A DNA stretch of 57,858 bases. Source: a virus (lineage: Duplodnaviria > Caudoviricetes). The stretch covers positions 1-57,858 of the IMG/VR virus record IMGVR_UViG_3300021197_001375. One strand, given 5' to 3'. Positions within the stretch are counted from its first letter, which is position 1; each line of letters starts with the position of its first letter. Of the stretch, positions 57,033-57,858 are shown piece by piece. The translations under genes were made by a program, and so were the position numbers. A model generated the notes under the pieces. The model made no database searches. It was not told where the DNA came from and saw only the letters and a list, made by a program, of their open reading frames with translations.

Positions 57033-57194
57033 ATGACTGATAAAAATAAAATAGATAAAATACACGACAAGTTAATTCTTCAGGCTAAGAAATTAGCATT
57101 AGTAGAATTACAAATTAAAATAAAAGAAGATATTGAGAAACTTGATACAGAATTAAATTGTATTGATTCCGATGAGGATGAAATACCATTTTAG
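57033..57194 (+). CDS. 53-aa coiled-coil protein with SSB-type acidic C-terminus (DEDEIPF)
   Basis: MTDKNKIDKIHDKLILQAKKLALVELQIKIKEDIEKLDTELNCIDSDEDEIPF; directly after promoter; not in ORF track. Confidence 0.75.
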   Translation: MTDKNKIDKIHDKLILQAKKLALVELQIKIKEDIEKLDTELNCIDSDEDEIPF

Positions 57195-57200
57195 ATAATT

Positions 57201-57608
57201 AGATGGGACAGCAAAAGTTTAAATGCTGGGGTTATGGACCACCTCTGAAATTGGGTGGAGAGATCAAAAAGTTCCAGTCCCCGAAGCCATCTTTTATCAG
57301 GCGGGGAACTTAGAATTAAAGCTATGCCCCGCCTGATCCCAGATCCATTAGGTTATTACCGATAATGCGTGCCGGCGCCCTAATGGATCTGGGATCAGTT
57401 ATCCAAGACCCCGCTGGATACAGTTGGGGAAGAATGCATAGATAGATATGGATCTGGACTATGCCTGATCAAGATCAGCGGGCTAAGTCCGAAAGGGTGA
57501 AGTTTTGGGAACCCCTGTCCGAAAATCCACTTTAGTGTGGGTGCTGATCCCAGATCCTTGGTGATGCGGCTTCTTAAATCGTATGCGATCCAAGGATCTG
57601 GGATCAGC
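57201..57608 (+). ncRNA. GC-rich non-coding array of stem-loops (candidate ncRNA cluster)
   Basis: Perfect 20-bp (57333-57352/57379-57398) and 19-bp (57543-57561/57590-57608) stems with a shared 14-nt arm, plus four other stem domains. Confidence 0.6.
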
Positions 57609-57623
57609 CCTGAGTGGAAAGCT

Positions 57624-57670
57624 TCAAGCGTCAAGCTTCAAGCGTCAAGCGTCAAGCTCAAGCCACAAGC
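57624..57670 (+). repeat. Tandem (N)TCAAGC heptamer array
   Basis: Seven CAAGC copies with period 7,7,7,7,6,7, running into TTGACA. Confidence 0.9.
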
Positions 57671-57699
57671 TTGACAGCTGGGCTGGGATATGATAGGAT
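57671..57699 (+). promoter_or_regulatory. Early promoter with TGGGAT-N4-TAGGAT operator
   Basis: TTGACA-N17-TAGGAT; operator at 57684-57699. Confidence 0.7.
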
Positions 57700-57720
57700 A
57701 AAATTATAAAGGAGAAATAT

Positions 57721-57855
57721 ATGATTAAAAAAAATAATGATCCATTTGGTTTTAACAAAGCCATTAATTGGGAAAAATTAGAAGATCCAAAAGTATTAAA
57801 AGAATTAAAAAAACTTTTTGATGAAGAGGAGAAAAAAGAAAATGAAAACAAGTGA
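57721..57855 (+). CDS. Early hypothetical protein (44 aa)
   Basis: AAGGAG SD; MIKKNNDPFGFNKAINWEKLEDPKVLKELKKLF...; next ORF (ATG 57842) truncated by window. Confidence 0.7.
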   Translation: MIKKNNDPFGFNKAINWEKLEDPKVLKELKKLFDEEEKKENENK

Positions 57856-57858
57856 AGC

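Noticed and set aside
57480-57545. Hammerhead ribozyme (GTCC-GAAA-GGGT-GAAG resembles stem II plus GAAA)
   Set aside because: The CUGANGA core is absent (CUAA instead) and the stem I topology does not fit
57262-57605. Dam/SeqA-controlled origin suggested by the GATC cluster
   Set aside because: No dam gene in the window; the inferred alphaproteobacterial host group generally lacks Dam/SeqA; the GATCs are explained by the repeat arms
57296-57608. CRISPR mini-array
   Set aside because: Repeats are 14 nt and alternate in orientation, inserts are self-complementary, spacing is irregular, and there is no cas operon
57395-57851. Minus-strand ORFs 57395-57634 and 57645-57851
   Set aside because: They translate hairpin/repeat DNA or lie antisense to a well-supported plus-strand gene; no SD seen
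1-57858. Complete circular genome or terminal repeat
   Set aside because: The ends cut different genes and share only short CAAGC units; a segment is missing
1-57858. Stop-codon reassignment, DGR/retron, tRNA genes, integrase
   Set aside because: Core genes are intact in the standard code; no reverse transcriptase, cloverleaf with T-loop, or recombinase motifs seen by eye

Overview
An AT-rich, nearly complete tailed dsDNA phage genome with podovirus-like architecture. Both edges cut genes and I see no terminal overlap. Gene content suggests a marine Alphaproteobacteria/SAR11-type phage, resembling HTVC023P/HTVC027P-like pelagiphages; this assignment is inference, not a database result. Modules: (1) 0.4-11.7 kb: accessory genes (six of the seven 2OG-Fe(II) oxygenases, TerS, PD-(D/E)XK nucleases, a LAGLIDADG protein, a methyltransferase, an RHH regulator, an M15 endolysin and membrane genes); (2) 11.6-20.9 kb: replication (PolA Leu762, SF1 helicase, primase-polymerase, SSB-like protein, SNF2 helicase); (3) 21-54.8 kb: minus-strand virion module (ejection proteins, glycosyltransferases, tail, MCP, scaffold, GroES, a cluster of small basic proteins, holin, portal, TerL); (4) 54.8-57.9 kb: divergent early region with sigma70 promoters. 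I found no RNA polymerase, integrase, tRNA or CRISPR array. The most unusual signals are: a chain of interlocking GATC-junction hairpins with a repeated 14-nt arm (57.2-57.6 kb); an unannotated 53-aa early protein ending in an SSB-type DEDEIPF tail; a TRGGAT-N4-TRGGAT operator in the early promoters; a CCC-UAA +1 frameshift candidate; and an xxGG peptide motif shared by about a dozen putative capsid-internal proteins. All functional calls come from motifs read by eye.
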